DNA of 32,144 nt from Spirulina sp. GTDB lineage: Bacteria; Cyanobacteriota; Cyanobacteriia; Phormidesmidales; Phormidesmidaceae. Both the position numbers and the translations under genes were made by a program. The stretch covers positions 1 through 32,144 of the forward strand of contig JBIPSI010000045.1 of assembly GCA_044070495.1 (NCBI GenBank), given 5' to 3'. The notes under the pieces are model-generated. The model saw nothing but the letters and a program-made list of their open reading frames with translations, had not been told where the DNA came from and did not search any database. This document shows, one piece after another, positions 27,125-32,144 of this stretch (within the stretch, counting starts at the first letter, position 1; every line of letters starts with the position of its first letter).

Positions 27125-27935
27125 GTTTCAGGACAGAGTTATGCCCTACCATTCTATCGAATCCTAGCGTCAGCGATCCATCTTTATCACTAACAGAGTA
27201 GATATCATAAGCATCTGGGATCAGAGACAAAATCTCGTCATCTGTAAGACTAATATGCTCAAAGAAAATCATAGGACTGGCCAATTTAATTACCTCTTTA
27301 AGCCCTTTTAATACAGATATCTCATGACCTTCTGTGTCAATTTTTATGATTTGGGGGGCTGTTAAAATATCGTCTTTTATAAGCTGATCTCCTACCCGAC
27401 ACTCAATGGTTATCATCTTAGTCATTGTTGCTTCTGGAGAGGCTTCTAATGTTCCAGTAGCACTTCTCCCTTCGGGAATTGTGAGGGTTGCCGTTCTATT
27501 CTGATCTGACAAGGCATAGGGTAGGCCTTGAACCTTGGGAAAAGGCTGATTTGCCGTTTGTGCTAGGGCAAACATGGCTGGGTTTGGTTCAAAGAAATAT
27601 AGTGATTTGACAGGTGTTTCTTTAGCAATTTGATAGCTTAGAAGCCCACAGTTAGCTCCTACATCCCATAGAGTGGTGTCAGCCTGAATATGATTTGAAA
27701 TAGAAGCTAAAAGACCTTGTTCTTCAAAGTGATCTCCTAATAAATGATTGAGCCAGTAAAAAGCAGAAAGGTCTCGAAAGTCAAGATTAACTTCCTGTCC
27801 TTCGGGTAATTGAAGGGAAAAACTCTGAAGCCCTGGCAACCTAGGGGCAAGTAAACGAATAAGCAAGCCTGCCCCCTGAAGATGAAGGCGGCCATGCCAG
27901 ATTTTATAAAAAGCGATGAGAAGTTGAGAGAGCAT
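27090..27935 (-). CDS. FkbM family methyltransferase
   Basis: WDVGANCG, FFEPNP, YALSD, IIKIDTEGHEISVLKG and IFFE. Confidence 0.88.
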   Translation of the reverse strand: MLSQLLIAFYKIWHGRLHLQGAGLLIRLLAPRLPGLQSFSLQLPEGQEVNLDFRDLSAFYWLNHLLGDHFEEQGLLASISNHIQADTTLWDVGANCGLLSYQIAKETPVKSLYFFEPNPAMFALAQTANQPFPKVQGLPYALSDQNRTATLTIPEGRSATGTLEASPEATMTKMITIECRVGDQLIKDDILTAPQIIKIDTEGHEISVLKGLKEVIKLASPMIFFEHISLTDDEILSLIPDAYDIYSVSDKDGSLTLGFDRMVGHNSVLKPRKSTDKPLEN

Positions 27936-27962
27936 AATAAAGGAAACGAGAGTCCTTGATAA

Positions 27963-29171
27963 ATGAACCTCTTTTATACTTTAACCGCCTACCCGCCCTA
28001 TATTGGCGGTGCCCAGCTTCATCAGCACCTCCTGGCGCAGCAGTTGCAGGGGCGGCATTCCATCCAAGTGGCAACCTTTTGGAACCACAACCGCACCGAC
28101 TGGCTGCTGGGCACCACCCTCAAGGCCCATGCTCGGCCCTACAATTATGAGGTCGATGGGGTGCCTGTCCATCGGTTGGGGTTGGGTTGGGGAGCCAAAC
28201 TACGGATGGCCCCCTGGTTGCCGCTGTACTACCCCTGGATGGCGGCGGCGCTGCCCCCGATTGCGGCGGTGATTGCGGAATCCATCACGGAATTGGCCTA
28301 CAAAAGCGACCTCATCCACAACGTCCGCATTGGTCGGGAGGGATTGACCTACGCTAGTTGGCAGGTGGCGCGGCAGCGAGGGATTCCCTTTATTTTGACC
28401 CCGGTGCATCATCCTCGCTGGGTGGGCTGGCGCTATCGGGAATACATTAAACTCTATCAGCGGGCCGATGCGGTGATTGCCCTCACCCAGGCCGAGGCCA
28501 AGATTCTCCAGGGGCTGGGCGTTCAGGAAGACCACATTCATGTGACGGGCCATGGCCCTGTGCTGGCCTCCCATGCAGAACCAGAAGACTTTCGTCATCG
28601 CAACGGCATCGTTGGGCCGATGGTGTTGTTTTTAGGGCAGCACTATCCCTACAAGGGCTTTCGGCAGGTGTTGGAGGCCGCCAAGACCGTGTGGGCACAG
28701 CAGCCGGAGACCCAGTTTGTCTTCATTGGCCCAGCGGTGAAGGACTCCGAGCGGGCCTTTGCCGAGATGGCCGATCCGCGCATCCATCGGCTGGGGTCGG
28801 TGGATTTGCAAACCAAAACCAACGCCCTGGCCGCCTGCGATTTGCTCTGTGTGCCCTCTAGTCAAGAAAGTTTTGGCGGGGTGTATACCGAAGCCTGGAG
28901 CTTTGGCAAACCCGTCATTGGCTGCAAGATTCCGGCGGTGGCGGAGGTGGTGAGCGATGGGCAGGATGGCTATTTAGTAGAGCAATCGACTCCTGAAATC
29001 GCGGATCGGATTCTGGATTTGCTCAACCATCCCCACCAGGCGCACCAAATGGGGCAGGCGGGCTACCAAAAGGTGCAGGAACGCTATAGCTGGCCCAGCT
29101 TAGCCGCCAAGACTGAAGCGGTTTATCGGGGGCTGATGGGGTTAGAAACCTCAAACCAATCAGGCCCATGA
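27963..29171 (+). CDS. GT4 glycosyltransferase
   Basis: YPPYIGGA, FLGQHYPYKG, PSSQESFGGVYTEAWSFGKPVIG and EVVSDGQDGYLV. Confidence 0.9.
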   Translation: MNLFYTLTAYPPYIGGAQLHQHLLAQQLQGRHSIQVATFWNHNRTDWLLGTTLKAHARPYNYEVDGVPVHRLGLGWGAKLRMAPWLPLYYPWMAAALPPIAAVIAESITELAYKSDLIHNVRIGREGLTYASWQVARQRGIPFILTPVHHPRWVGWRYREYIKLYQRADAVIALTQAEAKILQGLGVQEDHIHVTGHGPVLASHAEPEDFRHRNGIVGPMVLFLGQHYPYKGFRQVLEAAKTVWAQQPETQFVFIGPAVKDSERAFAEMADPRIHRLGSVDLQTKTNALAACDLLCVPSSQESFGGVYTEAWSFGKPVIGCKIPAVAEVVSDGQDGYLVEQSTPEIADRILDLLNHPHQAHQMGQAGYQKVQERYSWPSLAAKTEAVYRGLMGLETSNQSGP

Positions 29172-29177
29172 TACCGC

Positions 29178-30068
29178 CTAGGGCTGGAGGGCTTCGGGAG
29201 AATCGGGATGGGCTGGATTAGCTGGATTGGCGGGCTGGGCAACGCCTGTGAGGTATTCCGGGTGTTGCAGTTCGCGCACCTTTAGCACAATCAGATATTC
29301 GTAGAAGGCTTGCAGAGTACACCACGCTAGGCCAGCCCGACCGTCCAGAATGCCGCCGAGGATAAACATCATATAAAACCAGCGCACCAGGGGACGGGCG
29401 GGCAGCCGTAGGGATAAATCCTTCAGGGCGCGGCGACGTTCTACCTCGGATCGGCCCCAAAGCAGGGCTTGCCAGTCTACGCTGCCGTCTTCGATCTGGC
29501 GCAGGGTTTCCTTGGCTTCGTCGGTAGAGTAGCGGTTGTGCTTGTCGATCCAGCGGCTGAGGCCCTTGCTGCAAGTGTAGTGGGGGTAGGTTTCCGTCAA
29601 AAACCCGGTGGGGCCGTCTACCACCTCCCGTTCGGTGTGGCCATAGTCGTCAAACCACACCCGATCTCGCTTCAGCAGGCGCAGTTGGTAGCGGGGAAAC
29701 TGGGTGCTGCGCCGAATCCAGCGGCCCATAAACATCACCCGTTCCGCCACATAGTAGGCCACGGGGTCGGGTTGGGTGATGGCCCTCAGGCATTCCTCAA
29801 ACAGGGCTGGGGTCATGCGCTCGTCGGCCTCTAGGATGTAGGCCCAGTCGTGCTGGTAGGGCACGTTTTGGAGCATCCAGGTGCGCTGCTGGCCGTGGCT
29901 GGCAAAGGGGTGCTCAATCACGCGGACGGGGTACTGGCGGGCGATGGCCTGGGTGCGGTCGTCGCTGCACGAGTCCACCACAATCACATCGTCGGACACC
30001 AGGGCCGACTCGATGCAGGCGGCAATGTCCCGTTCTTCGTTGTGGGTGAGGATAAAAATAGAGATCAT
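29178..30068 (-). CDS. GT2 glycosyltransferase (conserved cyanobacterial type)
   Basis: MISIFILTHNEE, VVDSCSDDRT, ILEADERMT, WIDKHNRYSTDEA and GILDGRAG. Start taken at ATG 30068. Confidence 0.88.
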   Translation of the reverse strand: MISIFILTHNEERDIAACIESALVSDDVIVVDSCSDDRTQAIARQYPVRVIEHPFASHGQQRTWMLQNVPYQHDWAYILEADERMTPALFEECLRAITQPDPVAYYVAERVMFMGRWIRRSTQFPRYQLRLLKRDRVWFDDYGHTEREVVDGPTGFLTETYPHYTCSKGLSRWIDKHNRYSTDEAKETLRQIEDGSVDWQALLWGRSEVERRRALKDLSLRLPARPLVRWFYMMFILGGILDGRAGLAWCTLQAFYEYLIVLKVRELQHPEYLTGVAQPANPANPAHPDSPEALQP

Positions 30069-30478
30069 GACGATGGTCAGAGGGTAAATGAAAGGGGGTG
30101 GCACTGAGCATGGGGACTGTCCACCGGGATCAACTCCGTGCGGTAGACCATCAATTGATGGAAGAGGCCTCTTCTAGCGGGGTGTTATCCTGTGACCACC
30201 CAGAGACTCAGATCCGTCTTTAGGGTACCCAGACCAGCCCGGTTATGACCCAAAATCAGCCGATCAGAAACACGCTCTTTTGCTGCGATCCAGCCTACCC
30301 ATAGGGGTAGCCTAGTCAAGACTTTGCGATCTACCCAGGATGAAGGGCTATAAACCCAGCTCATTCTTATCGATCCCTTATGTTTTCAATATAGGATTAA
30401 AGGTTGGTACATATCTTGGAAAGTCCTAGTTTTCATCCTTTTTCGTTCCTGAATCTTTGTTTTCGGTGACCGCTTCCC

Positions 30479-31870
30479 ATGTCTGATATTTTCCCTGTCG
30501 TTCAGGTTCAGCAGGTTCTTAACCGCTCTTTAACTCACTTGGAATCGATGATATTAGTGAGTTCATGGAAAGGAATTCGGTATAGAACCATGGCTAAAGA
30601 GTCGGGCTATGGCGAGGAATACCTAAAACAAATTGGGGCTAAACTTTGGGGGGATATTTCCCATAGTCTGGATCGGACAGTTACCAAGAAAAATCTTCGC
30701 CTAGTCTTACAAGAGGCGTTTCAGTCTTCGCCGCTGCTCCTGTCATCAAATCCCCTGTCTGGGCCAGGGAGTTCTCCGATGTCCTCTGATCCATCCTATG
30801 TGTTTCCCTCAGGGCCGCTACCGTCCGACTCCTCGCTCTATATCCATCGCCCCCCCGCCGAGGCCACAGCCTTTGCGGAGATTGATCAGCCGGGTTGCTT
30901 GCTGTGCATCCATGCGCCCCACCGCTACGGCAAAACCTCGCTGTTGCGGCAGGTGATGACCTACGCCAAAAACCAGGGCTACCGAGCCTGCTTGCTCGAT
31001 CTCCAGGAGGCCGACAGCCGTTTGCTGCGGCGAGCGGATCTGCTGCTGCCCTGGCTCTGTCGTCGCATGGCGGAAAGGTTGGGGCTTTCCCATGGGGAAA
31101 ACATGCCCTGGGATCCGCACCAGGGGATTAAGGTCAACTGCGGTCTGTATTTGCAGCGGGTAGTACTAGAACAGACGGAAACGCCCCTGGTGCTGGCCAT
31201 TCATGCCCTAGAGATGGGGCTGGGGCAAGCCTCGGTGGCCCAGGATTTGCTGTCTATGCTGCGGCTGTGGCACGAGCAGGCCCAGGGCACCCCCCTCTGG
31301 CAGCGTCTGCGCCTGGTGCTGGTCTACGCCAGCGATAGCCCCACGGTCTTTTCCACTCTCAATCCGCATCCGCTGCTATCGAGTGTTTCGCCCCTAAACC
31401 TGGGGCGGTCGCTGCGGTTACCGCCCCTCAGCCCCGACCAGTTTTTGGCCCTCGGTCGCCGCTACCAGTTGGACTCCTTTGAGGATGCCACCCAGCAATC
31501 GGCCATTCACGATCTCTATACCTTAATTGCGGGGCATCCCTACCTGGCTCACCTGATCTGCTATGCCCTGCAACAAGGTCAGCAGAGTTTACATGATGTG
31601 TTAGCCACGGCAACCACCCCCGACAGCGTCTTTTGGCACCACCTGCAAGAACGCCTAACCCGCCTCCAGTACTATCCCAAGGCTAAATCCGCCCTGCGCC
31701 GGGTGGTGCTCGGCAACGGCGTGCCGGTGGAGGGGCTGACCCTAGAACAGTTGATGAGCCTAGGGCTAGTTCAGGTAGAAGATGGCCTCGTGCATCCCCT
31801 AGGGGAGATCTACCGCCACTTTTTTGCCACCTATCTGACGGAGGACGAAACCGCCCCTATCGCCTCCTAA
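30479..31870 (+). CDS. AAA_35 (AAA-like) domain protein with N-terminal HTH-like region
   Basis: N-terminal W.G.RY..MA.ESGY...YLK..G.KLW..IS..L...VTKKN, then FPSGPLPSDSSLYIHRPP, APHRYGKTSL and GHPYL. Confidence 0.8.
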   Translation: MSDIFPVVQVQQVLNRSLTHLESMILVSSWKGIRYRTMAKESGYGEEYLKQIGAKLWGDISHSLDRTVTKKNLRLVLQEAFQSSPLLLSSNPLSGPGSSPMSSDPSYVFPSGPLPSDSSLYIHRPPAEATAFAEIDQPGCLLCIHAPHRYGKTSLLRQVMTYAKNQGYRACLLDLQEADSRLLRRADLLLPWLCRRMAERLGLSHGENMPWDPHQGIKVNCGLYLQRVVLEQTETPLVLAIHALEMGLGQASVAQDLLSMLRLWHEQAQGTPLWQRLRLVLVYASDSPTVFSTLNPHPLLSSVSPLNLGRSLRLPPLSPDQFLALGRRYQLDSFEDATQQSAIHDLYTLIAGHPYLAHLICYALQQGQQSLHDVLATATTPDSVFWHHLQERLTRLQYYPKAKSALRRVVLGNGVPVEGLTLEQLMSLGLVQVEDGLVHPLGEIYRHFFATYLTEDETAPIAS

Positions 31871-31912
31871 GAGTACTCCATAAAAACAACTATCCGTTAG
31901 CGATTGACCTCA

Positions 31913-31976
31913 CCCCTCACCCCTGCCCCTCTCCCAGAGGGCGAGGGGTTCTGAATCCGGCTCCCCTTCTCCCTAG
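31913..31976. repeat. Cyanobacterial CCCCTCACCCC-type palindromic repeat, interrupted by the following MITE
   Basis: Hairpin CCCCTCTCCC-AGA-GGGCGAGGGG. The second arm CTCCCCTTCTCCCTAG breaks off at the MITE. Confidence 0.6.
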
Positions 31977-31977
31977 G

Positions 31978-32144
31978 GCTACTAAGTACACACATCTTGC
32001 TTTCATGCCGCAAGTCCTTGGAGATCCCCCTAAATCCCCCTTAAAAAGGGGGACTTTGACTCCGGTTCCCCCCTTTTTAAGGGGGGCTAGGGGGGATCGA
32101 TTCCCTGTATCGTCTACGTTAAGGACTTATGTGTACTTAGTAGC
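31978..32144. mobile_element. ~167-bp MITE with 15-bp perfect TIRs and an internal long palindrome
   Basis: GCTACTAAGTACACA (31978-31992) and TGTGTACTTAGTAGC (32130-32144). The internal palindrome pairs 32023-32053 with 32067-32098. Confidence 0.8.

Noticed and set aside
29195..29240. 9-bp repeats encoding QPANPANPAHP
   Set aside because: A short low-complexity C-terminal tail with no evidence of function.

Overview
Cyanobacterial chromosomal window (Leptolyngbya/Nodosilinea-like by gene content; an inference). It starts inside an IS701-like transposase and ends exactly on a MITE inverted repeat, so both ends may be contig breaks. The left third is mostly housekeeping: ABC-F/Uup, DUF1269, tex, a membrane protein coupled to sigG, a secreted FAD oxidoreductase, and an uncalled ~35-aa membrane peptide. 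About 11.6-30 kb is a GC-mosaic surface-polysaccharide locus: epimerase, Wzt with a C-terminal binding module, a prenyltransferase-repeat-like protein, a methyltransferase-GT2 fusion, a cupin/DegT/methyltransferase module, several glycosyltransferases, rmlB, GT61 and FkbM. The most striking pattern is a set of abandoned gene 5' ends of about 50-100 bp (wzt, GT2, rmlA and one unknown gene). Each precedes inserted cargo, and in two cases an intact, synonymously diverged copy of the same gene follows the cargo. Also notable are a family of TIR-bounded elements carrying different GTAG-REP doublets, a graded tetranucleotide microsatellite, and several toxin-antitoxin/Rpn pseudogenes. All family calls come from motif recognition by eye; no database searches were run.
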